A DNA stretch of 59,535 bases from Anaerolineae bacterium (lineage in GTDB: Bacteria > Chloroflexota > Anaerolineae > E26-bin7), in contig JBGVTF010000292.1 in assembly GCA_041862415.1 (NCBI GenBank), positions 1 through 59,535 on the forward strand, in the 5' to 3' direction. The position numbers were made by a program, and so were the translations under genes. Below, piece by piece: positions 50,001 through 59,535 of this stretch. The notes below the pieces were generated by a model. That model was not told the DNA's origin, ran no database searches, and saw only the letters and a program-made list of their open reading frames with translations. The stretch's first letter is position 1. Each line of letters opens with the position of its first letter.

Positions 50001-50593
50001 GTTCCATACTCTACCCACCATAGGTAGAAGGCAAAGGTGAGCAATGAGAAAAATGTAGCCAGGATGAAACAATCAGGTATCCTGGAGTAGTAGGCATACA
50101 TGGGGGTCATAATAAGAAAGAGGGACGCAAGCAAAGCTATCCTCTGAGTCGCCAGTTTTTTCCCCAGCAAGAACACCAGTACAAGGATGCCGGCGGAGCA
50201 AGTCACAGGAATCAATCTGGCACTCCAGGCATGGACACCGAAAAGCTGAAAGCTGAGTGAAAGAAGGAGGGGAAGTAGAGGGGGATGGTTCACATAGTAG
50301 GTGAAGCCGCCTTTTGGTTTGTCCCATCCATAATTGCTGACTGGGAAGATCTTGGTCGTGAGATACCCAAACTTTAAGTAGTTTTGAGCGAGAAGGCTAT
50401 TTCCGGTCAGGATGAAGCTGTGAGGGGGCTCTTCCCAGCCAGGCTCATCTGATCTATAGGAGCCGATCACTATGCTGGCCACGAGGATGAGTCCAAAGAT
50501 GAAGTATGCTATGTAAGAGGCAATCTTTGTGAAAGGGGAATGGAATTCATTTGAGACTCTTGCGAAACTACGTTTGGGTTTCGGAATCAGCAT
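47075..50593 (-). CDS. GT-C glycosyltransferase, paralog 2
   Basis: NHPPL, FGVHAWSARL, same C-terminal domains. Confidence 0.85.
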   Translation of the reverse strand: MLIPKPKRSFARVSNEFHSPFTKIASYIAYFIFGLILVASIVIGSYRSDEPGWEEPPHSFILTGNSLLAQNYLKFGYLTTKIFPVSNYGWDKPKGGFTYYVNHPPLLPLLLSLSFQLFGVHAWSARLIPVTCSAGILVLVFLLGKKLATQRIALLASLFLIMTPMYAYYSRIPDCFILATFFSLLTFAFYLWWVEYGTRGYYLGMYLSFVLGSFSDWVAYFVVPVILLHYLLFEYRRLRNLRFVILFSLVPIAVFATCFGWAYWVGGTGILKGLFDQFLFRTVSAGPLVDFPRFTVSDFFIQGLVRSRLMLTPVIYFLSVLGIARLVVSLLQKNSSKQSGFILLALGFFGFAHNLSFSNWVYVHDYTMLFHITPFFVIAAALGVQYITERILHGKWFWTVLFGLAICYFCSLQSISTLKHLHNRVIVPDLYFLGTKIDQITDQKAKVVASFQPELRLARYADRPWSVTTSLNDLSRRLQTDSSYSHYVMDTTWPVDKDLREHLIRNHPMQTFGKYCLFDLWETGSNVVVRRPQIEHPASINFGDKLMFLGYNVEEVVQKKREPSWLEKYLNAHAELLPEHRTTFRITYFWQCLEELEKDYTLIAQLEGRYGRIYRIEQSHQGVNGAYPTSFWRVGEIIREEYEVEVPADYPPIRYALWVGVRDGEEGLDVVSDVEADEEDRVRLGEIEVLPVERPSPLVGEPRPQNKVEVDINDELLFLGYDLNKSDPTAGEELKITTYWQSLRQMGRDYTIMAEIGDGGYKVDQLVDLAPTRLWQEGEYYRADTIIPVNPYALEGTYSLKLDLDSGQSTTEIGLATLGVYPRQRRHIIKRVGKANYGGGEILSPEKPLSLCFNLKEREAIELLAGWTGRAGGEETRVEAYISNAYWRDRYLGTWVVESGDYRVTKRKIGKVFTAPGENVIELRVPELRERVHNVGWRGWVDLVLPDLLQDSRTDYDGPIQMDFAQVSTRWERNWDDYYDLAKVYAERGMQGEVVRLYEEAVEEGLEPERVDDFSLFKGAYEASGEEERIREIEERIAGRIPHKMSVNLGGKVEFLGYGLTRLDDGCTQMGLFFRCVEEMEEDYTLWVHGEVEDESLLEGQRREAGYAVFDHLLPTSRWLVGEVYQDDEARGLRPGQYHFTLGLWRPEDGSRLWREDDPEGHIIDLGWVEVK

Positions 50594-50596
50594 AGC

Positions 50597-53500
50597 CTAC
50601 TTGACCTCTACCCAGCCTAGCTCCACGGCGTGTTGGTCAGGGTAATTTGCGAGCCACAACCGGCTGCCATCCTCCGGTCGCCACAGCCCCAGTGTGAAAT
50701 GATACCGCCCCGGCCTCAACCCCTTCACCTCGTCATCCTGATACACTTCCCCCACCTGCCACCTGGAAGTTGGTAACAAATGGTCAAACACCGCATACCC
50801 AGCTTCCCTTCTCTGCCCTTCCAACAGCGACTCATCCTCAATTTCCCCGTGCACCCACAATGTGTAGTCCTCTCCCATCTCCTCCAGACACCGGAAGAAG
50901 AGACTGATCCCACGGTCATCTTTTTCCCCTCTCGGGCTATGACCCAGGAACGCTACCTTGCCTCCCAGATTCACGCTCATCTTGTCTGCTATGTGTTCTG
51001 CTACCCGCTCCTCTATCTCCCCAACTTTTCCCTTCTCCCCCAACGCGACGTAGGCTCCCTTGAAAAGTACCAGATCGTCAACCCGCTCCAGCTCCGCTCC
51101 CTTGTCCACTGCCTCCTCGTACAGCCTCGCTATCTCGCCATCCATCTCTCTCCCATCGTATACCCTCGCCAAATCATAGTAGTCGTCCCAGTTCCCCTCC
51201 CAACGGGTACTCACTTGGGCAAAATCCATCTGGATCGGCCCCGCATAATCGGTGCGCGGGTCTTGTAGGAGGTCTGGGAACACCAAGTCCACCCATCCTC
51301 GCCAGCCTACGTTATGCACCGTCTCCCTCACTTCAGGCACCCTCAGCTCGATCACGTTCTGACCAGGGGCAGTCAGTGACCTGGCGATTCTGCGTTTTGT
51401 GGTCGTGTAGCAGCCTGATCCTATCACCCAGGTTCCCAGGTACTTTTTACGCCAGTAAGCATTCGAAATGTAGACTTCCACCCTGGTCTCCTCCCCCCTG
51501 GCCTTGCCTGTCCAACCGGCCACAAGCTCCAGTGCTTCTCTCTCCCCCAAATCGAACCGCAGAGAAAGCGGTTCGTCCGAGCTGATGATCTCGCTACCGC
51601 TGTAATCGGTCTTCCCCACACGCCAGATGATGTGACGTCGCTGCCGGGAGTGGATGTCCAGAGTGGTCAGTTCGATCCTGGTATCCGACTGGTCGCTATC
51701 CAGGCATAGATTCAGGGAGTAAGTCCCACCAAGGAGATGAGAGTTGAGAGGGATTACGGTTTCGGCCCGGTAGTACCTGCCTCCCTCCCACACCCTGGTT
51801 GGGGCGATGTCCAAGACCTGGCTTACTTTGTATTTGCCATTTCGCACTTCCAACGAGATAGCATAGTCCCTACCTGTCTGCTTCAAGCTCTGCCAAGATG
51901 TGACGATCCGAAGTTTATCGCCTGGCGTCAGGTCGGCTTTGTTCAGGGCATAACCGAGGAAGAGGATCTCGTCTTCGACTGGAACTTCGAGTTTGGTTGC
52001 CACCGCTGGTGCTTTAACCAGACCCACCGCTCTCTCGGCAGGAGCAACTTCTATCTCTCCCACCTTGACCCGGTTGGACTCGTCGGTTTCGACCTCGCTG
52101 GACACACTCAGTTCTTCCTCGCCATTTCGGACTCTGACCCAGAGAGCGTATCGGATGGGGGGATACTCGGCCGGCACTTCCACCTGGTACTCTTCTCGGA
52201 TGACTTCACCCTTTGACCAGAGAGAAGTTGGATAGATACCATTGACGCCCTGGTGGCTCTGGTCTATGCGATAGGTCTGGCCATGATGCCCTTCAAACTG
52301 GGTGAGCAGAGTGTAGTCCTTTTCCATCTCCTCCAAGCATCGCCAGAAGTAGGTGATGTGAAAGGTCGTTCGATGCTCTGGCATCAGTTCAGCGTGGGCG
52401 TTGAGATACTTCTCCAGCCACGATGGCTCCTTCTTCTTCTGGACTGTCTCCTCCACATTGTAACCCAGAAACATCAACTTATCGTCAAAGCTGACCTCGG
52501 CTGGATGTTCGATCATGGGGGTTTGGAGGATGGTATTGGAACCTGCCTCGCGCAGGTTGAAGAAGGAATAGCCATAGAAAGTCTCCACGGGGTAGTTTCT
52601 GACTAGGTGCTCTTTCAGATTTCCATCTATCCGCTCCGTGGATTCAGAGTCGGAGACGTACAAGCTGTAGCGCGAATCTGCGTGCGAGAGCCTTACCAGG
52701 GTGTCCAGGTCTGTCGTCACAGTCCAGGGCCTGTCGGCATAGAAACCCATACGATAGTCTAATGCAAAAGGAGCCATTACTTTGGCTGTTTCATCTGTCA
52801 GCGCACTTATCCGGGTCCCAATGAGATAGAGATCAGGCAACACACTTACCTGGTGGAGTAGTCTTAGGGTAGAAAACGACTGAAGAGCCAAACAGCAGCA
52901 CACAACCAGCACAAAGGGAACAGCCCAAGTTATTCTATTCAGCAAAACCTTCTCAATAATGAACTCCACTCCGAGAGCAGCAGCGATGACAAAGAAAGGA
53001 AGCAAGTGAAAGAGCATGGTGAAGTCGTGAATGAAGACACTGCTGCGAAATAACAGATTGTGGCTGAGCCCGAAAAGGAGGAGGGCAAGGACGAAAGCAT
53101 CCTGTCTGGAGGACTCTTTTTTAAATAGTCCAGCCACAAGGACTATACTTCCCACGATTGAAAGGAGCCAAACCGTTGGACTCAGGAACAGTTTGGAGCG
53201 TGTGTATCCGATAGCATAAAAGTCCCACCAAGTGAACACGAACTGGCCTTGGCGTGCGCCAGCAGAAATGGATCTGAACAAGAACAGGTCAAGCAGATCC
53301 TGAAGAACCTCTTTCCCTCCCAACAGATAGGCCCACCCAAGGTGGGCTCCAAAAAGTATGAATGGTAGGATAGCAAACGAGAATACGAATTTGAGGTTTC
53401 TGGTCTTTCTGTACTCATAGGTGATGTAGTGCAAGAGGATTGGCGGAACCACAAAATACGCTACCCAATTGGACAGTGCGCCAAGCACAAAGCTGATGTA

Positions 53501-54097
53501 CATTCCAAAGTAGTGGCCGCCCTTTCCTGTTTCCGTCCAACAATAGTAGAAGAGAAAAGTCAGTAGAGAGAAGGATGTGGCTAGAATTTGCGTAGCCGGC
53601 AATTTGCTGTAATAAACGTACAAGGGAGTCAGACCGAGGAGGAAGGATGCGAGCAGGGCTGTCCTGCCTCGGGCCAATCTGCGCGCCAAAAGGAATACAA
53701 GTAGCAGCATAGCCGCTGACGAGAGCACAGGAACCAGGCGAGCACTCCATTCGTGGATACCGAAAAGCCTGAAGCTTGTGGAGATCAACAAGGAATTTAG
53801 AGGAGGATGGTCAAATTGATACTCAAAAGACTCTGGAGACTCGACCCACCCATGACTTATCATTCGCCCAAGCTTGGTTCTGAGATAGCCAAACTTGAGA
53901 TAGTTTTGAGCTATGGTGCCACCTAGGACCACTTCAGTGCCGTGAAAGCCATCCAGCGGAGCCCTACCATGAGTATCATCCCACGCTGGCTCCGCGATTC
54001 TGTAACAACTGAGCACCATGGCCACTACCAAAATCAGGGCCAAGACCAAGTATTCCAAGATGTGCTTCTTAGAATCAGCGATCTTTGAGAGTGACAT
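50597..54097 (-). CDS. GT-C glycosyltransferase, paralog 1 (alternative start 54181)
   Basis: DHPPL, FGIHEWSARL, same C-terminal domains. Confidence 0.85.
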   Translation of the reverse strand: MSLSKIADSKKHILEYLVLALILVVAMVLSCYRIAEPAWDDTHGRAPLDGFHGTEVVLGGTIAQNYLKFGYLRTKLGRMISHGWVESPESFEYQFDHPPLNSLLISTSFRLFGIHEWSARLVPVLSSAAMLLLVFLLARRLARGRTALLASFLLGLTPLYVYYSKLPATQILATSFSLLTFLFYYCWTETGKGGHYFGMYISFVLGALSNWVAYFVVPPILLHYITYEYRKTRNLKFVFSFAILPFILFGAHLGWAYLLGGKEVLQDLLDLFLFRSISAGARQGQFVFTWWDFYAIGYTRSKLFLSPTVWLLSIVGSIVLVAGLFKKESSRQDAFVLALLLFGLSHNLLFRSSVFIHDFTMLFHLLPFFVIAAALGVEFIIEKVLLNRITWAVPFVLVVCCCLALQSFSTLRLLHQVSVLPDLYLIGTRISALTDETAKVMAPFALDYRMGFYADRPWTVTTDLDTLVRLSHADSRYSLYVSDSESTERIDGNLKEHLVRNYPVETFYGYSFFNLREAGSNTILQTPMIEHPAEVSFDDKLMFLGYNVEETVQKKKEPSWLEKYLNAHAELMPEHRTTFHITYFWRCLEEMEKDYTLLTQFEGHHGQTYRIDQSHQGVNGIYPTSLWSKGEVIREEYQVEVPAEYPPIRYALWVRVRNGEEELSVSSEVETDESNRVKVGEIEVAPAERAVGLVKAPAVATKLEVPVEDEILFLGYALNKADLTPGDKLRIVTSWQSLKQTGRDYAISLEVRNGKYKVSQVLDIAPTRVWEGGRYYRAETVIPLNSHLLGGTYSLNLCLDSDQSDTRIELTTLDIHSRQRRHIIWRVGKTDYSGSEIISSDEPLSLRFDLGEREALELVAGWTGKARGEETRVEVYISNAYWRKKYLGTWVIGSGCYTTTKRRIARSLTAPGQNVIELRVPEVRETVHNVGWRGWVDLVFPDLLQDPRTDYAGPIQMDFAQVSTRWEGNWDDYYDLARVYDGREMDGEIARLYEEAVDKGAELERVDDLVLFKGAYVALGEKGKVGEIEERVAEHIADKMSVNLGGKVAFLGHSPRGEKDDRGISLFFRCLEEMGEDYTLWVHGEIEDESLLEGQRREAGYAVFDHLLPTSRWQVGEVYQDDEVKGLRPGRYHFTLGLWRPEDGSRLWLANYPDQHAVELGWVEVK

Positions 54098-54182
54098 CTT
54101 CCTACTGCCAGAATCTATAAGGTTGAGTATCTGGCCGACGCCAAAACCTATCCCTTCAACCACAGCTTGGCTGCCAGCCATT

Positions 54183-55133
54183 TTAAGAGCGCGTAGAATT
54201 TGTGTCTGGTTTGGGAACAACTTCTTTTATCCATTCCCAGGTTTTGACCAGGCCTTCAGTCAAAGAGTATTGTGGTTTCCATCGCAGGTACTTCTCTGTG
54301 AGGCGAGTATCGAGTTTTATGTGAGGCGCGTCAAAAGGCCGTGGTTCAGTATAGTGCACTTTGGCGCTCCTGCCCACAACCGATTCGACTTCTTGCAACA
54401 GACGATTTAGAGAAATTGCCTCTTTACCACCGACATTGAACACTCGCTGGGCACCAAGGGGATATGTGGCGGCAGCTATCATGGCACGAACCAGATCCTC
54501 AACGTAGAAGTAGTCGCGTGTAATTTCACCGTCACCCCAAATAGTGATTGGCAAACCATAAGCCACCCGATATAGAAACACCGTAGGAGCACCCTGGTAA
54601 CCTAGGGGGTTCTGACGTGGGCCAAAGGGAACAGAGGGGCGTAGAACTGCATAGTCGAGACCATGGAGGTGAGAATACATCCCGAGGTACCCCTCAACAG
54701 CCAGTTTGGTGATGCCATATGACGTGACAGGGTTTTTCGGATGATCAACAGCAATGGGCAGTTTTTCACTTATCCCGTAGACGGTTCCACCGGAGGACAA
54801 AAACACCATTCGTTTGATCCCTTCAATCCGGCAAGATTCTAGTAGGCGCACCGAAGGAATTAGACCGCTCTCGATATCAGCTATTGGATTCCGAATCGAG
54901 GTTTCAGGAGTGCCAGGCCAGGCAAGATGAAAGACAATATCTGCTCCAATGGCATATTCCCGTGCCAGGAAGTACTGAGATATATCCCCTCGTATGAAAC
55001 GAACACCGCTAGGGATCGGATCGAATTGTCTCCGGTTGACATCAAGGACTGTCACACTCCATCCAGATGTCAAAAGCGCGTCCACCAGGTGTGATCCGAT
55101 GAAACCATTTCCCCCAATGACAAAGGCCTTCAT
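54183..55133 (-). CDS. NAD-dependent nucleotide-sugar epimerase/dehydratase
   Basis: GGNGFIG, SSGGTVYG, YGITK, GPRQ, RDYFYVED. Confidence 0.92.
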   Translation of the reverse strand: MKAFVIGGNGFIGSHLVDALLTSGWSVTVLDVNRRQFDPIPSGVRFIRGDISQYFLAREYAIGADIVFHLAWPGTPETSIRNPIADIESGLIPSVRLLESCRIEGIKRMVFLSSGGTVYGISEKLPIAVDHPKNPVTSYGITKLAVEGYLGMYSHLHGLDYAVLRPSVPFGPRQNPLGYQGAPTVFLYRVAYGLPITIWGDGEITRDYFYVEDLVRAMIAAATYPLGAQRVFNVGGKEAISLNRLLQEVESVVGRSAKVHYTEPRPFDAPHIKLDTRLTEKYLRWKPQYSLTEGLVKTWEWIKEVVPKPDTNSTRS

Positions 55134-55285
55134 AATTACTACCTATTCTACTCTTTAATGCCCAAGGCTTGGCTTTGGATGAAAGAGACAGGGATATCGG
55201 TTGCTCTATCCCATACCTGGTGGGCAACCGGCCTTGCTGCGTCTGGACATAGCATAGACAGTAAAGGATACATGCCTTGATTGGC

Positions 55286-56038
55286 TCATAACCGCTGCCA
55301 CTCGATAAGATCCAGTCCAAGGCACTCGGCCAGGCGCGCATTGCATTCAGCAAAGTAATCCACAAGATAGCGCTCTAGATCAGGCGAGAGGGTGGTATCG
55401 GGCTTATCACCCTTGTTGATTACCTGATGGAGTGTAGAGGGTATGAAATCAGAGGCAGCACCCAAAAAAGCATAAAGATCACGTACAAGGTCCACCGATC
55501 CAACAAATTGCTCGAACAACATGATTTTGATGCTTTCGGCCGGGAAATAGCGCTCATACATAGAGATATACTCTATATAACGCCCCCGCCTCAAATAGGC
55601 ATAGGGTGAGACAGAGACCCGCTCATGGTCATAATCAAGCCACCGCTCTTCCTCATGAAGAAATGCCTCTGACATGGGCATAGTTTCCAGGCCATTGCTG
55701 ACACTAAACCAATAATTGGAAATGGCCCTTTCAATTGGATCACGCAATATGAAAAGAAGCTTTGCCTTAGGGAAATGACGCGCGATGCGCTTAGCAGCCT
55801 TCTCTGACTCTATGTAACTAGCGCTTTTTTCACCCCGAAGCCAAGCACCCGCTTTGCCCTCGAAGAAATGATTCTGGTAATATTCCAACCCACGCGCAAA
55901 CAGGGCATCAGTATGAAAAAACTTTGGCTCAGGCCTGACTGGTCTTGCCATCTCGATCTCAGGATGCTCTGCTAAGAGACAATAAAGATAACTTGTCCCT
56001 GATCGCTGGGCTCCCACAATAAAAAAGTGCTCAAACAT
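55286..56038 (-). CDS. PAPS-dependent sulfotransferase
   Basis: 5'-PSB GAQRSGTS, HPEI, EPKFF, GEKS, 3'-PB LRDPIERAIS. Confidence 0.9.
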   Translation of the reverse strand: MFEHFFIVGAQRSGTSYLYCLLAEHPEIEMARPVRPEPKFFHTDALFARGLEYYQNHFFEGKAGAWLRGEKSASYIESEKAAKRIARHFPKAKLLFILRDPIERAISNYWFSVSNGLETMPMSEAFLHEEERWLDYDHERVSVSPYAYLRRGRYIEYISMYERYFPAESIKIMLFEQFVGSVDLVRDLYAFLGAASDFIPSTLHQVINKGDKPDTTLSPDLERYLVDYFAECNARLAECLGLDLIEWQRL

Positions 56039-56978
56039 GGGGACCGATGATCTCCTTCACATGATAGCTCTCGGTGGAACTGGTTTGATTCAGAAGCCGA
56101 ACAGTGTATTCGCCAAGCATACTCAGAATAAGGATAACAATACCGTTGAAAAACGAAATGAGAACGACAACGGTTGTCCATCCTGGTACACGTACTCCGA
56201 TGAATATTGCCTTCCACAGATAGTATAGGCCCAGCAAGAGACTCAGTGTTGAAATCACGATCCCCACCATGCTAACTAAACGCAAAGGATAGGATGAATA
56301 GTTGAAAAGGATCCGCATGACCAGTTCGGCAATCTTGAGCAGGTTGTAGTTGCTCTTCCCCACTCGTCGGCTTTGGTGCTCTACCCAGACATTGCTGGGA
56401 TTGATAGAGAACATCAGAGCCAGACCTTGAATATAGGGATAATGGGTCCGATATGAACACATTCTATCAACGACATCCCGCCTTATAATTCGAAAGTTGG
56501 TGAGCACCAGACCTTTTGGCTGATGGAAAATTTGCCTGTTGGTTGCACGAATCAACAAGCTACCCAGCCGGCGATACCAGGGGTGCTTCTTCTTACGGAA
56601 ACGACCGAAAACAACATCGTGACCTTCGCCTGCCTTATTGATAAGGTGGACGATCTCTTCGGGCGGGTTCTGCAGATCGTCATCCATCGTAATAACATAA
56701 TCCCCCGTGCTTTCTTGAAATCCACAAAGGAGTGCAGTGTGTTGGCCATAGTTTCTGAGGAGATTGATGGCTACAATGTGCGGATTTGCGAGGGCCTTTT
56801 CACGTAGCACATCCCAACTCTGATCACGACTGCCATCATTGACTAGAATCAGTTCATGATTCCAACTGTGTCCCTCAAAAAAGGCCACGGTGCGATCTAT
56901 GGTCTCCCCAACGGTAGAGGCGCTGTTGTAAACGGGGATCACCACGCTGTACTTGATCAACTTCTCTTGCTGATTCAT
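56031..56978 (-). CDS. GT2 polyprenol-phosphate glycosyltransferase (ArnC/GtrB-like)
   Basis: SVVIPVYN, NDGSRD, RNYGQ, MDDDLQNPP, two C-terminal TMs, GEY. Confidence 0.92.
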   Translation of the reverse strand: MNQQEKLIKYSVVIPVYNSASTVGETIDRTVAFFEGHSWNHELILVNDGSRDQSWDVLREKALANPHIVAINLLRNYGQHTALLCGFQESTGDYVITMDDDLQNPPEEIVHLINKAGEGHDVVFGRFRKKKHPWYRRLGSLLIRATNRQIFHQPKGLVLTNFRIIRRDVVDRMCSYRTHYPYIQGLALMFSINPSNVWVEHQSRRVGKSNYNLLKIAELVMRILFNYSSYPLRLVSMVGIVISTLSLLLGLYYLWKAIFIGVRVPGWTTVVVLISFFNGIVILILSMLGEYTVRLLNQTSSTESYHVKEIIGPHV

Positions 56979-56986
56979 TCCACTAT

Positions 56987-57306
56987 CTACTCTGATCTTA
57001 GCAGCGGTCTTGCTTTCCCAACAGATTGCGCAACAGGCGAACTGCGGGTACGTAGTATGTAGATCAGCCCGCCCGGCAATCGCACGATCAACGCGATCGT
57101 GGCACCCGTTTCTACGCCGAACTGGGCCAAAAGGACCGAAGCTGCTGTTTCAGCTACTCTAACGCCAACGAGGGAGATCGGCAAACTATTAGTAAACCCA
57201 GTATCAGATTGCGGGTTGGATGAACCCAGAGGGTCAGAAGCAGTACACTCGCAATCAGAACTTTTAATATCTTATACTTGTTTAGAGTCGTCTTTAACTG
57301 TAGCAT
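56987..57306 (-). pseudogene. Internally deleted flippase-like (LPG synthase TM/UPF0104) gene
   Basis: N-terminal KILKVLIASVLL joined out of frame to the C-terminal LPISLVGVRVAE..FGV..LPGGL motif. Confidence 0.5.
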
Positions 57307-57328
57307 GGAGCACCCGCTCAGGCACCCT

Positions 57329-58381
57329 CTAAAAGAAACGCTTCCCCTTCTCGATGAGCTTCCTGGCCGCCGAATAAGGCTCCAGTTCCCGCCGGCCAAT
57401 GCGCTCGATGAGCTCGTCCAGCTCCCCTACCCTTACCCGGCTCAGGAGCCTTCTCATCAGCTCTTGCTGGAGGATGTCGTTGAGCTCGCTCTCGATGCGC
57501 GCCCGCTCGCGCCGACAGAACGTCTGGCTCTCTTTCAAATAGACAAGATGAGCCTCGATAGCTTCAACCACGGCCTCAATGCCCTGGCCGTGCAGGGCTA
57601 CGGTTTTCAAGATGGGAGGACGCCAGCCCTGCGCCTCGCTGGGCACCAGACCTGAATTTGAATCATTACAGGATGCCTCCCCTCCCATCATGACGCCGTG
57701 ATGGAGGGCGGGCCGTGAGGCGTGGTCGAGGTCCAGCAACATCTGGAGAGCGATGACGGCGTTCTCAGCTCCCTCTCGGTCAGCCTTGTTGACGGTGAAA
57801 ATGTCGGCAATCTCTAGGATGCCAGCCTTGATGGCCTGGATGTCATCGCCCAGGCCTGGAGCCTGCACCACGATGGTCGTATGAGCCATCTTGGCAATGT
57901 CCACCTCTGCCTGACCGGCCCCCACCGTTTCTACGAAGATCACCTCATAGCCCGCCGCATCCAGCACTTTGATGGCATCGGCGGTAGCGCGGGCCAGGCC
58001 CCCCAGACTGCCTCGGGTGGCCATGCTTCGGATAAAGATGCCAGGATCGCCTGAGAGCTCTCTCATGCGGATGCGGTCGCCCAGGATGGCCCCCCCCGAG
58101 AAAGGGCTGGTGGGGTCCACGGCAATGATGCCCACTGTTTTGGAAGAGTGAGCAGGCTGCCCACCACCTCCACGATAAACCTTGGCCAGCTCGTTGACGA
58201 GGGTGCTCTTGCCTGTGCCCGGTGCGCCGGTCACTCCTACGACGTGAGCCTGACCGGTATGAGGGTAAAGATCGGCCAGGGCCCTCCGCGCCTCATCTCC
58301 ATCGTTCTCGATCATGGTAATGAGACGCGCCACAGCTCGCCGATCTCCAGCCAGCACCCGTTTTGCAAGGTCTGAACTCAC
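57329..58381 (-). CDS. meaB: Methylmalonyl-CoA mutase-associated GTPase
   Basis: [48 protein letters not shown]. Confidence 0.95.
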   Translation of the reverse strand: MSSDLAKRVLAGDRRAVARLITMIENDGDEARRALADLYPHTGQAHVVGVTGAPGTGKSTLVNELAKVYRGGGGQPAHSSKTVGIIAVDPTSPFSGGAILGDRIRMRELSGDPGIFIRSMATRGSLGGLARATADAIKVLDAAGYEVIFVETVGAGQAEVDIAKMAHTTIVVQAPGLGDDIQAIKAGILEIADIFTVNKADREGAENAVIALQMLLDLDHASRPALHHGVMMGGEASCNDSNSGLVPSEAQGWRPPILKTVALHGQGIEAVVEAIEAHLVYLKESQTFCRRERARIESELNDILQQELMRRLLSRVRVGELDELIERIGRRELEPYSAARKLIEKGKRFF

Positions 58382-58779
58382 TTCCTTCTCACATTCTCCT
58401 TGATGAAGCTGATAGTCTCTTCAGTGGACGTGCCTGGTCCAAAGATGCCAGCGATGCCAATGTCTTTCAGGGCTGGCACGTCGTCGTCCGGGATGATGCC
58501 GCCTGCTACCACCAGAACATCGTCCAGGTCGTTCTCCACCAGAAGCTTCATCACGCGTGGAAAGAGAGCCATGTGCGCCCCCGAAAGGATGCTCATACCG
58601 ATGACGTCCACGTCCTCCTGAATGGCCGCCTCGACGATCATCTCAGGGGTCTGGCGCAGGCCGGTATAGATGACCTCCATGCCCGCGTCGCGCAGGGCGC
58701 GGGCGATGACCTTAGCCCCCCGGTCGTGACCATCGAGGCCTGGTTTGGCAACGAGTACCCGAATCATCTTTTCTGTCAC
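58378..58779 (-). CDS. Methylmalonyl-CoA mutase cobalamin-binding subunit
   Basis: [10 protein letters not shown] (DxHxxG), SILSGAH, GGIIP, FGPGT. Confidence 0.95.
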   Translation of the reverse strand: MTEKMIRVLVAKPGLDGHDRGAKVIARALRDAGMEVIYTGLRQTPEMIVEAAIQEDVDVIGMSILSGAHMALFPRVMKLLVENDLDDVLVVAGGIIPDDDVPALKDIGIAGIFGPGTSTEETISFIKENVRRK

Positions 58780-59104
58780 CTTTGACCTCCTGGCTCGTTG
58801 ATTGCCTGTCCATTATGGGCTTGGCAAAAGCTCGAAGAGTACGAGGGGTATCCCCTCGCCCACATCTTTCCCCGTCAGGGCTCGATCCAGTGGCCTGGTC
58901 TCCCACCCGACTGAGCGAAAAGAGAATATGGAGGGACACCCCCCACGCCCCCCGACCTGCTACGCAGGTCCATTATACAACAAATTGGCGATATTGGGAA
59001 AAAAGAACGAGCCTATCCTTTGAAGGGCAGGCTCATCCATGATAGTCAGAATCATACGAACGGCGATCTTTTTACTCTGGCATCTAGGGCCACGGAACAG
59101 GATA

Positions 59105-59160
59105 GCTTGTCATGAGCGTGGTCGAATGGCTTGTCATGAGCGTAGTCGAATGGCTTGTCA
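59105..59160. repeat. Tandem 24-bp REP-family repeat (~2.3 copies)
   Basis: GCTTGTCATGAGCGT(G/A)GTCGAATG twice, plus GCTTGTCA. Confidence 0.75.
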
Positions 59161-59332
59161 GCAACAACCAAAAAGGGCTTACATGGGCAGCCAATGCAGG
59201 GATTCAAGGCGTAATCCACCCCTTCGCTCCCAGATTCGGTCTGGGTTGATTTACACGCTATCGGCCACTATTGCACCACGGTTGCGGTGCGGGCGGCACA
59301 GGTCAGCGACGGGCACCTTGCTGCTCTTGGAC

Positions 59333-59524
59333 TCAAGCCTCTTTATTACCCTCTGCTGGCTCCTGATCCTCTTCGTCTTGTCCAGACACAGCTTCGCGGA
59401 ACTCGCTGATAGCTCCCCCCAAAGCCCCGCCGATATCACGCAGCCGGCTGGCGCCAAAGATGATGAGGACGATGACCAGGACAATCAACAATTCGGGTAG
59501 ACCTATTCCTTGCAATCCAAACAT
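59333..59524 (-). CDS. tatA: Twin-arginine translocase subunit TatA/E
   Basis: [26 protein letters not shown]; GGAGGTG RBS. Confidence 0.9.
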   Translation of the reverse strand: MFGLQGIGLPELLIVLVIVLIIFGASRLRDIGGALGGAISEFREAVSGQDEEDQEPAEGNKEA

Positions 59525-59535
59525 ATTCACCTCCA

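Noticed and set aside
43536-52600. Diversity-generating retroelement TR/VR pairs among the repeated GT-C 3' ends
   Set aside because: All copies are coding, differences are not confined to adenines, and there is no reverse transcriptase in the window.
58785-58970. Cobalamin riboswitch upstream of the mutase B12 subunit (GCCACTG, GGGAA, GAGCCAGGAG on the minus strand)
   Set aside because: The 5' core (AGGGAA..GGTG.AA.TCC) and the ACCTG of the B12 box are missing, and the last motif is explained by the RBS; an Rfam cobalamin cmsearch would settle it.

Overview
GC-rich bacterial chromosome segment, most likely from an anaerobic Chloroflexota (Anaerolineae-like) organism; this is inferred from the SecA insertions, Pro/Thr-linker lipoproteins and GT-C/FLGY-domain proteins. 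(1) 1-12.4 kb, minus strand: a ~6.07-kb tandem duplication. Each unit has a sigma70 promoter, a structured leader ending in a terminator, an Ig/FN3-like lipoprotein, and an FHA-TM-Ig-thrombospondin-3-repeat surface protein. A frameshifted FHA::psuG chimera marks the junction, and a CBM11-like lipoprotein lies downstream. (2) psuG and a Dpp/Opp-type ABC importer with no ATPase gene. (3) A partly decayed PerR/DPSL oxidative-stress cluster beside a stand-alone Ni-CODH (cooS), DUF1786 and an MBL hydrolase. (4) A rod-like ncRNA candidate, secA, a wHTH-KaiC-two-membrane-protein-5xGAF histidine kinase module, and adenosine deaminase. (5) A 2-oxoacid oxidoreductase whose delta subunit contains a GltD/NfnB-like NADP flavoprotein. 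(6) Methylmalonyl-CoA mutase genes interrupted by a ~15.5-kb glycosylation island (GT2, sulfotransferase, epimerase, three giant GT-C paralogs, IS remnant), then tatA. Short palindromic REP-like repeats are scattered throughout, several in-frame inside proteins. No rRNA, tRNA, cas gene or bona fide CRISPR array was seen. All calls come from reading motifs by eye; no searches were run.
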